From a virus, in IMG/VR virus record IMGVR_UViG_3300022562_001652, positions 32,001 through 96,000 of that record: DNA of 64,000 nucleotides; one strand, 5' to 3'. The notes beneath the pieces are model-generated. The model was given only the letters and a program-made list of their open reading frames with translations. It did no database searches and was not told the DNA's origin. This document shows positions 27,629 through 36,266 of this stretch, piece after piece. How positions within the stretch are numbered: position 1 is the first letter of the stretch; each line of letters starts with the position of its first letter. A program made the translations under genes and the position numbers.

Positions 27629-29821
27629 CTATCGGGACAGCTCCACAGAACTCGCTCGTTGAGCGTTGACGGGACGCACGTTCATACTCACACGAGCGGT
27701 TCCGGAGCTAAAAGAGAGCTTCAAGTCCGTCACGGTGTCTGTTCTCACGTCCTCCAGAAGGGACTGGCGAGCATAGAAGGTGTACAAAGGCAGGATTTCC
27801 GTCGAAGCAGGACGACCAATCGGTAGAGAAAGCCCGTAGAAAGAATCGAACGGGTGCCCGCCACGGTTGGTCGCCATCCGAAGACGGAGGGCTTGGATGT
27901 AGTTCTCGAGTCCTGCTAGGGTCGCCACATCGCTCAAGCTGTTCAAGACAGCCTTAGCCTTGAGGGGGCTCTTCGTGACCCCGTTCTTGACGTCGAACAG
28001 CAGAAGAGCATCTCGTCCGTACGCGATCTCCTCAAGTGAAGGAGGAGATCGCAGAACGAACTCATCCAAGAAGAGGGAGAAGTCGTCGCCGATCGTGGGG
28101 GTCACGGCCCACGCCCGATTCAGCGTAAGCGTGTCTTCTGTGTTCGAAACCACGTATCTCACAGGATCGACAGTCCCCGATCCCGACAACAGCGTGACCG
28201 TGAAGCCGATCCACTGATCTTCACGCCACGGATCGTGGCTCGCACACACGACCTCCAGGCTCGAACCCGTAGCTGTGATACTGCCTGCGAAGCTAGCCAC
28301 TGGGGGTGTCGGAGGATCGTTTGCGATCGTACTCCCTGTCCCCGTCCTCACAGGAACCTTGATGTACTCACCCCAAGCGATCGTACCGGAAGGCTTTCCC
28401 ACGAGCTCGGCCACGATGTAGGGAAACGAGAGGTCGTTCACGAAGACGAGATCCGTAAACGCATAGATCGTCCCCATCGTCCTGCGAGCCACGTCGTAGA
28501 TCGTCTCTCCCCTATTCACGACCACGCTTCGAAACCCGTCTGTCGAAAGCAGACGAGCGCTATCCGCAACCGGGGACCTGTCCTCTTCTCCGACGAACGG
28601 GTTCACAGGGAGAGGAGATCCCTTCTCCGGCATGAAGTCAGTCGTGAATCCTTCCTTACCACGCACCTCTGCGAAAGAAGACACCCCTTCCACAACCTTG
28701 GAAGAAAGGGGACTCTGATCCCCAAGTGGTGACACCGCGAGGTGATCCACGAGCGACGTGGCTTCGATCACCCACTCGTTCCACTCGAACGCCGGACCAT
28801 CGGACATCTCCTCGTACGTGTAGAGACGCGGCATCTCGTTGAACAAGCGATCCTTGGCTGCTTCGAAAGCCGCGATGGAAGACTGCACGAGAAGCCCCAT
28901 CGAATGCACGAGAGAGGTTCCCTCATCATACAGAGACACGATCTCGTGCACGGCGTCGACGGCCTGGTTGGCTAGCTCTCCGATCGCATACGGAACCGCA
29001 CCGACAGCAGCCCTTCCGTTAGCGACGAGCTCACGCATCCTTCCGATGGCCGATCGTACTGCTGGAAGACCTACAGCGCGTGATAGCCCCGACGCGAAAG
29101 AGCCATCGAGCAAGGAGGTACCGAACGCGACAGTACCAGGGGAAAGAACCGCGTCGGTGATCCGATCGAACAAGGAGATAGACGAACGTGGACGACGGGT
29201 CACGATGGAAGATCCGGATGGCTCGATGCATGTGAATCGGATCTCGTAGTCGTGCAGAAAGTTTCGCCCAGAAGAAAGGCGGAGAACGAACACCTGAGGC
29301 TCGATCAACCAGAACTCATCGTACTTCGTGTCGAAGTAGTGCATGCGTACCTGGTTCCCTTTCCTCTTTTCGAGCCCAAACTTGTTGAAGAGGTGCTTGA
29401 GTTCCAAGAACGCCTTGTAGCCGCTTCGGTTGGCCCTGCTCTCGTTCGCAGCAGTACTCTCGTCGACCAGCCTCCCAGAAAAACGCGTAGAAGACGCGAC
29501 CCCAGCAGCTTCTCTACGTGACAGGAGAGGATGAAGTCCCGTCGTTCCGACGATGACGGCGCTCTTCACGAGCTGTCCTCTCGACTCGATGATCTTCCCA
29601 CCTCCCTGCGAGAAGGTGATAGCTGTCGCAAACGGCTCGCTATAAGAGACCTGCTGCGGATTCAGCGCAAGGCCTACGTAGTCCGAAGATCCGACAACAT
29701 CGTCGATGTTCGCACGGAAACGAGCATCCTGATCACTGGGATCGAACTCCAAGTAGAAACCGTACATGGAAGCATCGGCCCAACGGGAAGCCGGAGGTGG
29801 AGGAGGGAGACGGAGCGTCAT
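27629..29821 (-). CDS. baseplate protein: tube-initiator-like N-terminus, LysM domain, gp25-like C-terminus
   Basis: LNPQQVSY; VVNRGETIYDVARR...NDL (LysM); GLENYIQALRLRMAT..G.HPF..YG (gp25-like). Confidence 0.75.
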   Translation of the reverse strand: MTLRLPPPPPASRWADASMYGFYLEFDPSDQDARFRANIDDVVGSSDYVGLALNPQQVSYSEPFATAITFSQGGGKIIESRGQLVKSAVIVGTTGLHPLLSRREAAGVASSTRFSGRLVDESTAANESRANRSGYKAFLELKHLFNKFGLEKRKGNQVRMHYFDTKYDEFWLIEPQVFVLRLSSGRNFLHDYEIRFTCIEPSGSSIVTRRPRSSISLFDRITDAVLSPGTVAFGTSLLDGSFASGLSRAVGLPAVRSAIGRMRELVANGRAAVGAVPYAIGELANQAVDAVHEIVSLYDEGTSLVHSMGLLVQSSIAAFEAAKDRLFNEMPRLYTYEEMSDGPAFEWNEWVIEATSLVDHLAVSPLGDQSPLSSKVVEGVSSFAEVRGKEGFTTDFMPEKGSPLPVNPFVGEEDRSPVADSARLLSTDGFRSVVVNRGETIYDVARRTMGTIYAFTDLVFVNDLSFPYIVAELVGKPSGTIAWGEYIKVPVRTGTGSTIANDPPTPPVASFAGSITATGSSLEVVCASHDPWREDQWIGFTVTLLSGSGTVDPVRYVVSNTEDTLTLNRAWAVTPTIGDDFSLFLDEFVLRSPPSLEEIAYGRDALLLFDVKNGVTKSPLKAKAVLNSLSDVATLAGLENYIQALRLRMATNRGGHPFDSFYGLSLPIGRPASTEILPLYTFYARQSLLEDVRTDTVTDLKLSFSSGTARVSMNVRPVNAQRASSVELSR

Positions 29822-30690
29822 TGAAGAACCACCACGTCGGAGAGATCGTCCTCTTCCATGCTCTTCGCACTAGGAAGAGTAATAGGACTACCAAAACCAC
29901 TGGTACCGGCACTCGGGTCGAACGCCGGTTTAGAAGTAGGTGCACCAAACACAGAATGCAGGTGGCTTAGAAACTTGTCCTTCAGGTTGTTGTGATCACT
30001 CACGAGAGCGTTGAACCGCTCGAGCAGGTTGTCCCCCTTCACGGCTGGATGCACCGCGTCCATTCCGAGCTGGATGGAGCCAGTTCCTTCTAGCTGCACA
30101 TGGAACGACCGATCCGTAGGACCTTCGACCACGATATTCCCTTCTGGAGTGATCGTGACTTTTGTCGGAGAGCTGCCGACGATGCGTGTGATGGACGCCG
30201 TGCCGTCCTCCTTCACCTCGAACACTGTGTCGTAGTGGCGCACCACCCTACGTTCGCCGTTCGAAGAAGCAGACGCGTAGCTCGATGACGTGCCGCGTGG
30301 GATCGCCCCCAGGATCACTGCCCTCTCCCGAGAACCGTTCAGGAAACCCACCAGAACGATGTCTCCGTCCGTGTCCCGCGCTCGTGTCGTCGTCTTCGAA
30401 AAAGAACCACCGTTCAGATTGCGGGAAGCAGGGTGGTAGACGACCTCTTCTCCGTTCGACACGCCACCGCTCCGCTCGAGAGATCGGGCTCCGTGGATAG
30501 GTTGTCCCGTAGCCGTGTCTCGGAGGTCGTACTCTACTCCTGTCCTGTTTCTGTTCCCGTCCTCGTCCACGAAGCGTCGATCGATCACAAGCGCCTCCAC
30601 CAGGCCACTGATGGAGTACCCAGAAAGACTACCAACAAGGACCGTCCCGACCCCCGCTTGCCTCGGATGCCCGTCGTACGCGTCGCTCAT
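29818..30690 (-). CDS. baseplate central spike (gpV/gp45-like)
   Basis: GDIVLVGFLNG...AVILG OB-fold, beta repeats, apical HLH motif; ATG 30690 coupled to the hub stop. Confidence 0.8.
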   Translation of the reverse strand: MSDAYDGHPRQAGVGTVLVGSLSGYSISGLVEALVIDRRFVDEDGNRNRTGVEYDLRDTATGQPIHGARSLERSGGVSNGEEVVYHPASRNLNGGSFSKTTTRARDTDGDIVLVGFLNGSRERAVILGAIPRGTSSSYASASSNGERRVVRHYDTVFEVKEDGTASITRIVGSSPTKVTITPEGNIVVEGPTDRSFHVQLEGTGSIQLGMDAVHPAVKGDNLLERFNALVSDHNNLKDKFLSHLHSVFGAPTSKPAFDPSAGTSGFGSPITLPSAKSMEEDDLSDVVVLQ

Positions 30691-32567
30691 TCGTCTTCTC
30701 CCCTTGGTTCGATGGGAGCTGGTTCGTTGGCCGCCTTCTTCATCAGCCCGTTCACGTAGTAATCGAACGGATCCTTCACAGGAAGCATCCGCTTTTTCTC
30801 CGTCCAAAAGATGCTCGCCGCCGGGTTTTCCTTGTCGTTCGCATCGATTCCTCGAATCAGCACGACGTTCGTCGTGCTTCGACCAGGATCGTAGGCGAAG
30901 CTGTGCGACACTTTCTGAACGTAGAAGTGCAGCTCTTCTCGTCCCCCGCCAGACTTCCCGCGACGCAACACCAGACGCGTACCACATCTGATGTCGGGGC
31001 GAAAACGCATGGTGAGCGAACCCTCAAGCATGAGCTCGTTGAAAGCATGCCACGTAGACACGAGCCACACGTAGTATTCGTACACATCTTTGAAACCGAC
31101 CCCGAACTGACGTCCTTTGGCTACCGACGTAGCATACTGGTTGGACACGAACGGGAACACCGTCTCTATCTCGCACCTGCGTAGGCCGAACCTAGAGATC
31201 GACTCTTTGTTTACCATGATCCCGAAAATCAGCTCTTGAAGCTGAGGCGGGAGGGTAATCGCGTGGAGTCGGAAGAAGTTCATGACGTTGTGGATGCTCT
31301 TCGAGAGCTCAGAAGAGACCAACTCCGTCTCTTCCACCACGCTGTGCGGCAGCTTCATGAAGGTGCCTGTGTCATAAGGACGCTGACGAAACACGAGAGC
31401 CAACGCTGCCGAGCCTGTTTTTCCAATACTGATTCGCGAAGGAACGAAGTCTCGCCTGCCTTGATTCACTTCCTGCGCCCTGGGTGCTGAAGAACTCACG
31501 GAGGCAGGGATACTAGGATCAGGGATCACGTTCCCGACATTCTCTTCTCCAGAGACGAAGCGCTTCCTGTCCACGTCGCTGATGCCGAGGAGGTTGTTCC
31601 AGACGCGCCTCTTCTCGCGCACCTGTTCATCGGCATCTTTTGAAGGAACGAAGTTCCGCGCAAGGTTTTCCTGATAGGCATGAGCCTCTAGAGCCTCAGG
31701 AGTCACGTCACGTATGTCCACGAACATCTCGTTCACGTCAGCGTTCTGGTAGTGCTGAAGAAGCTTCCAAAGACTGCCCGCCTCCGCCACCGGATACGTG
31801 TGAATGCCGTATCCGAACGTAGGGGCTTGAACAAAAGTCGAGACATCGAGGAAGGAGGCGATCGGAACCTCTTCGGCACCAGGAAACCTCCACTGTGTCC
31901 GAACGAGCTCGGAAGCCCCAGGCGTGGCGAGGAAAACATCGAGAAGCTGCAGAATCGTCTCCGTCGGACTCAGGATCCTCTCTATCTGTTTGAAGAGGAG
32001 CTCCTGGTTGTAGAAGATCTGGTCAACAGCCAGAAAAGCAGGATCTGAGACGAGGGCGGACTCAGCCAGGATCTTGCCGATATCACGAGCTGACACGGTG
32101 ACAGCTTCGACCGTGGCCCCATTCCCATCCACTGCCCTCGTCTCGACGACGCTATCCACAAATACGATAGACACGGTAGTAGGGACTAGCCGATCGGACC
32201 CATCTAACGTCGACATGAAGACGAGAAGAGCATCACCGGGACGGATCAGGTTTTTCCAATCCCTTCCTTGCTTCAAAACCACGCTCAAGACACCAGCAGG
32301 GTTGTTCGTGTCCACCGTCTTTTGCCACGTGCAGGCGAGCACGTCGTTACGCACGTAACCCGCAGACCCAGACTGAAGCCATCTGCCAGACTGAAGCCAC
32401 CTATCGCGGAACCCGGAAGCTGCGGGAATTTCGTCCAACGACCTTTGTCGAAAACTCCCAAAGTCATGACTCTTCTGCGCGAACCACAGAACATCACAAC
32501 CAGAAAAGCTTCGCCAAAAGGTACGCTCTTCGGAAGGGTTCCCGGTACTGTACGAAGCGAACGACAT
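30687..32567 (-). CDS. baseplate hub protein (gpD/gp27-like)
   Basis: VSARDIGKIL, NEMFVD, RFGLR, RPDIRCG, FYVQKVSHSF; position. Confidence 0.75.
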   Translation of the reverse strand: MSFASYSTGNPSEERTFWRSFSGCDVLWFAQKSHDFGSFRQRSLDEIPAASGFRDRWLQSGRWLQSGSAGYVRNDVLACTWQKTVDTNNPAGVLSVVLKQGRDWKNLIRPGDALLVFMSTLDGSDRLVPTTVSIVFVDSVVETRAVDGNGATVEAVTVSARDIGKILAESALVSDPAFLAVDQIFYNQELLFKQIERILSPTETILQLLDVFLATPGASELVRTQWRFPGAEEVPIASFLDVSTFVQAPTFGYGIHTYPVAEAGSLWKLLQHYQNADVNEMFVDIRDVTPEALEAHAYQENLARNFVPSKDADEQVREKRRVWNNLLGISDVDRKRFVSGEENVGNVIPDPSIPASVSSSAPRAQEVNQGRRDFVPSRISIGKTGSAALALVFRQRPYDTGTFMKLPHSVVEETELVSSELSKSIHNVMNFFRLHAITLPPQLQELIFGIMVNKESISRFGLRRCEIETVFPFVSNQYATSVAKGRQFGVGFKDVYEYYVWLVSTWHAFNELMLEGSLTMRFRPDIRCGTRLVLRRGKSGGGREELHFYVQKVSHSFAYDPGRSTTNVVLIRGIDANDKENPAASIFWTEKKRMLPVKDPFDYYVNGLMKKAANEPAPIEPRGEDE

Positions 32568-32574
32568 TCAGTTC

Positions 32575-34929
32575 CTACTTGCCTCCGAAAAGCTGTCCTA
32601 CAGGACGAACGACGGAGCTCGTGATCCGCTCCACCGTAGTACGTGCGTCGTGCACCATGACGTTGAGAGAGTGCCCCATCGTGGCTCCGTACCCAACCAT
32701 GGAAGAGAAACCTGCTTCCCCCATCACTGCAGATGGTTGTACAGCCTGACCTCCTTGGCTCGTATTTACATGGAGGTGCGAAGGATCACCCCCTGGGAAG
32801 TTTTTCTTCCTGGTTTTGCCAAGGTAGGTCCCTGCTCTCACTTTCCCTTTTCCGACGCCAACGTGTTCCAGATGATGAAACTGGTAAAGGATCCCGCTCT
32901 GATCACCCTGGAAAGTGACTGTCATCCCATATTGATCAGGGGGACCGTTCGTTGTGCCGATACGCAAAACCGTACCATCTTCAGGAGCTCGGATTTCTGT
33001 TCCTGGAGGAAGGTCGACGTCTTGAGCCATGTGCAACCTATTCCCTTTTACGTAGCCACCATGGCCGTCAGGACGGGTTCCGCGAGGCGCCATCCAACCT
33101 CGTGCTAACGAGGTAAAGTACCCTTGCTCCTTAGCAGGAGTAGGTGCTCCTGACGAAGAGGTAGTAGCTGCGGTGGCTACAGAAGGGGCTGTGGTGGGTT
33201 CTGGTTCACCGGTAATGCCTCTTTTTATGAAACCCCACGCATTGGTCCACACCCGATGTGCGGCACCTGCATCATCCTCCGTATAGACCCTGTTCCCTCT
33301 TGCTTTCCTCTCCGCAGTCTTTCGAGCCTCGTCTCCCTCGTCTATGAAAGATCCTCGCCTGATCCCCTCGACTCCAGGGAAACCACCGGTACCGCCCCCA
33401 GCCTTGGTGACACCGAAGTGTCTGTCCAATATATCCACCATAACGGGACGAGGGATCCCAGGAAACAGGAGAGCGAGAGCCTCGGCCGCACGGCTCTTGC
33501 TGAGGGTGTCCCCCGGAGGCTGTCCCACGAAGGCCTCACGAAGACCAGGGATTTTGTCCGCCATCATGGCAAGGGACTGTTCGTCCGAAACCTTCCCGCG
33601 CTCCACCGCAAGTCGGGCCTCTGTGTAGGAGAGGCCCTGCTTCATCCCAGCCATCGTAGCCATGATTTGGGACACGCCTCCTGCCTGGCCTGTCCTCAAC
33701 GCTTCGAGAGACTGACGCGCCACGAGCCCTGAAGCAGAGGCTCCTTGGTAAGCCGGTCCCATGCCCCCCACGAACGACTCACGCGCAAGCACGTTTTGGA
33801 CGTTGACGTACCCAGTCGTGACGGAGGCAATAGACTGAGCCGTGAGAGAAAGAACCTCTCCGAGGCGACCTTCCTCCAGTCCGTGCGCCAAGGATCGTCC
33901 TATCACTTCACCGATTACGCGCTGTTGCTCACGCGTGTCCGTGATGCCTCCTTTGCGAAGAGCCCCAGCAGTGGCTGTACCCTCCGCCCCCAGCATTTTC
34001 CACCCTTCGAGACCACCGATAAAAGGAAGGATGTCTTGTGACAGACCAGCACGGCCTACTCCAATACCAAGTTTAGCCCGGTCTTCGGGAGACAAGCCCA
34101 TCCGCTCAAAAATTGTCGATGGGGCGTCTCCGGTCGTAAGAGCACCAGAGCTGCGTTCACCTGCTTCGAAGGCTGCCCTACCCGTAGGGCCTATCATCTG
34201 ACCCATGCGGTAACGAAGAAGAGAACGAGCCTCTCTTTTTTGACTAGCGTTGCCTACGAGCTCGGCACCAAGCTGTATAACCCCACCAACAACAGGGATA
34301 CCGAGAGCAGCCTGCCCTACGAGTCGTGCAATCGAAGAGTCTTGGTAACCTTCAAACTGTGCCTGCTGAGCTGCCCCAGCCACACCCATCATGTACATCC
34401 CGAAACGGCGAACCCTCTCTGCGGCGACGCCTCCTTCTCGGTAAGGGCCTCCGCCTCCGCCTCCGCCTCCTCCGCCTCCTCCCCCACTCATTGTCCCGCC
34501 GTAGGTTCCTCCTCCGCCAGGAGCGCCAGGCCCTGTTACAAAACCACCAAACCCACCGAAACCTCCGCCTCCGCCTCCGCCACCCCCACCGCCTGCTCCA
34601 AAACCAAAGAAACCAAACCCACCCGCCATAGCTCCCTTCGAGCCAGACCACGGTCCACCTGGACCACCTCCCATGTGCGAAAAGATAGAGCTGGCGATCT
34701 GAGACATGGCGTTCATCTGACGCAACATGTGATCGCCACTTCGGATGTTCTCGGCGACTGCACCCGTAATCCTGCGAATCTGGGTGTCGGTAGCACGGGT
34801 GAACGAGTCACCCATTCGAAGAATGGCCTGCTCGAACTGACGAAGCTCTCGGGTTGCTTCTTGGACCGTCGACCTGAGGTGGTCGAGGTCAATCCCGACA
34901 CGAAGGAGTTCTTCGAAATCGACCGCCAC
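32575..34929 (-). CDS. tape measure protein with a Gly-rich segment and a C-terminal M23 metallopeptidase
   Basis: Follows the chaperones; helical A/G-rich body; HMAQD (HxxxD) and HLH (HxH); GTG 34929 with GGAGGAG. Confidence 0.75.
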   Translation of the reverse strand: MAVDFEELLRVGIDLDHLRSTVQEATRELRQFEQAILRMGDSFTRATDTQIRRITGAVAENIRSGDHMLRQMNAMSQIASSIFSHMGGGPGGPWSGSKGAMAGGFGFFGFGAGGGGGGGGGGGFGGFGGFVTGPGAPGGGGTYGGTMSGGGGGGGGGGGGGPYREGGVAAERVRRFGMYMMGVAGAAQQAQFEGYQDSSIARLVGQAALGIPVVGGVIQLGAELVGNASQKREARSLLRYRMGQMIGPTGRAAFEAGERSSGALTTGDAPSTIFERMGLSPEDRAKLGIGVGRAGLSQDILPFIGGLEGWKMLGAEGTATAGALRKGGITDTREQQRVIGEVIGRSLAHGLEEGRLGEVLSLTAQSIASVTTGYVNVQNVLARESFVGGMGPAYQGASASGLVARQSLEALRTGQAGGVSQIMATMAGMKQGLSYTEARLAVERGKVSDEQSLAMMADKIPGLREAFVGQPPGDTLSKSRAAEALALLFPGIPRPVMVDILDRHFGVTKAGGGTGGFPGVEGIRRGSFIDEGDEARKTAERKARGNRVYTEDDAGAAHRVWTNAWGFIKRGITGEPEPTTAPSVATAATTSSSGAPTPAKEQGYFTSLARGWMAPRGTRPDGHGGYVKGNRLHMAQDVDLPPGTEIRAPEDGTVLRIGTTNGPPDQYGMTVTFQGDQSGILYQFHHLEHVGVGKGKVRAGTYLGKTRKKNFPGGDPSHLHVNTSQGGQAVQPSAVMGEAGFSSMVGYGATMGHSLNVMVHDARTTVERITSSVVRPVGQLFGGK

Positions 34930-34930
34930 G

Positions 34931-35266
34931 CTACTCCTCCGTCCTGGGGTTCTTCCTTCTCTGGAAGAATCCTTCAATCATGGCACGCTCCTCGTCGGGA
35001 ATACCGTCGAGAGCGTCGACCTCTTCCCCGCGATCGATCGCCTCCTCGATTCGCTGCGTGGCTGTCTTGGCCAGGGAGGAGGCGCGAGTGGCACGAACCA
35101 CGGCAGGACCACCGTCCTTCTCGATCTCGTCCATCAGAAACTCCACGTAGAGCTCCTCCTCTGTGTACTCCGCGAGGAGCGGATCTTTGGACGGTCGGTG
35201 GTACTTATCGCACCACCACTTCTTTAGCCACTCATGCTCGAGAGTCTCGAGTGCGATCTCACGCAA
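34931..35266 (-). CDS. tail assembly chaperone, downstream (T) segment, probably expressed by frameshift
   Basis: WWCDKYHRPSKDPLL..YT.EEL; no SD before the TTG; frame open back across the upstream stop. Confidence 0.7.
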   Translation of the reverse strand: MREIALETLEHEWLKKWWCDKYHRPSKDPLLAEYTEEELYVEFLMDEIEKDGGPAVVRATRASSLAKTATQRIEEAIDRGEEVDALDGIPDEERAMIEGFFQRRKNPRTEE

Positions 35267-35294
35267 TAGGTCTGCATCGTTTTCCCACGCCTTC

Positions 35295-35306
35295 TCAACG
35301 AAAGGA
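35295..35306 (-). other. candidate +1 programmed ribosomal frameshift site UCC_UUU_CGU_UGA
   Basis: A +1 shift (UUU to UUC) joins 35295..35729 to 34931..35266. Confidence 0.7.
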
Positions 35307-35729
35307 ACTCTCCCAGTGCCTCACGTGGTCGAGAACGACACCCACAGGACCGTCGTCGAAGAACTCTTCCGGCTTCCACCAGTCGGGAAACTCGATCAAG
35401 GCGATCTTGAGATAGGCCAACGCGTAGTGAAGGCCTGCCGTGTACCCGTCCAAGGCCTGGCCCTCGTTCAGACGAGCCTCCATAACACGGACCTTGCTCA
35501 CACCACCGATGGTAAGGCGCTGAGCACGAAAAACACCGATCTTGGTCTCTTTCGATTCCGGATCGTCCCACTCAACGTCGAACGCCAGCTCGCGCCGAAG
35601 CTTGTCCGTACTGTCTGGACGACGGTCCGTGATCCGGAACTTCTTCTTCTCTTCAGCAAGACCGTCTTTCTTCTTGTTCTGGGTCTCATCTTCTAGAGGC
35701 GACACTTCTTTCAGATTCGCGGAAGCCAC
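35295..35729 (-). CDS. tail assembly chaperone (G)
   Basis: Lies between tube and tape measure; ALAYLKIALIEFPDWW. Confidence 0.75.
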   Translation of the reverse strand: MASANLKEVSPLEDETQNKKKDGLAEEKKKFRITDRRPDSTDKLRRELAFDVEWDDPESKETKIGVFRAQRLTIGGVSKVRVMEARLNEGQALDGYTAGLHYALAYLKIALIEFPDWWKPEEFFDDGPVGVVLDHVRHWESSFR

Positions 35730-35738
35730 GATCTCCTC

Positions 35739-36251
35739 CTACGGAGTGGTGAGGATCGGCGGCGTGAAGACCTGGATCTCGGGATCACCCTCATCCAGCA
35801 TACGGGTCGTCACGAAGGTAAGGTTCTCGAGGACGACCCCACGTGCCGGAATGTTGAAGTTCCTGGACGCCGCCTTGACCTGTTCGAAGAAGTAGATCGC
35901 TTTCTTCGACAGCTCGTCGTACACCGCCACGTCCACGCCCTCGACAATCAGAATCTGACTGAGACGAGGGAAGATGTTCTGCTCTCGAAGAGAGCCTGGT
36001 GACGCCGACGTCTTCGGATCCGTTCTCCGCGAAATCGAACGGAAAATGGAACACGACAACGTGCAGCGATAACTGATGGGAACATGCTCCACAGCGGGAA
36101 GGCGGCCGAGAACCTCGATCGCCTCCTGCCCGATGTCCTCGCTCCCGGAAATACCGGTAGCCAGAGCGATGATCTCTCCGTTGTAGCTGAAGATCGCCCG
36201 GTCTCCAGCAAAGACCCTCGTCCCAGGCCCTATTGGCAACGCGTTCGGCAT
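35739..36251 (-). CDS. tail tube protein
   Basis: Follows the sheath; GQEAIEVLG....EHVP, VVLENLTF. Confidence 0.8.
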   Translation of the reverse strand: MPNALPIGPGTRVFAGDRAIFSYNGEIIALATGISGSEDIGQEAIEVLGRLPAVEHVPISYRCTLSCSIFRSISRRTDPKTSASPGSLREQNIFPRLSQILIVEGVDVAVYDELSKKAIYFFEQVKAASRNFNIPARGVVLENLTFVTTRMLDEGDPEIQVFTPPILTTP

Positions 36252-36266
36252 TGGTCGTTTCCTTTC

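Noticed and set aside
34440-34600. (CCGCCT)n microsatellite as a contingency or phase-variation locus
   Set aside because: The unit is 6 bp and encodes poly-Gly, so slippage would not shift the reading frame.
35280-35287. GGGAAAA classical -1 slippery heptamer near the chaperone junction
   Set aside because: It lies after the G stop codon, and a -1 shift there would enter the frame that ends at 35224, not the T ORF.
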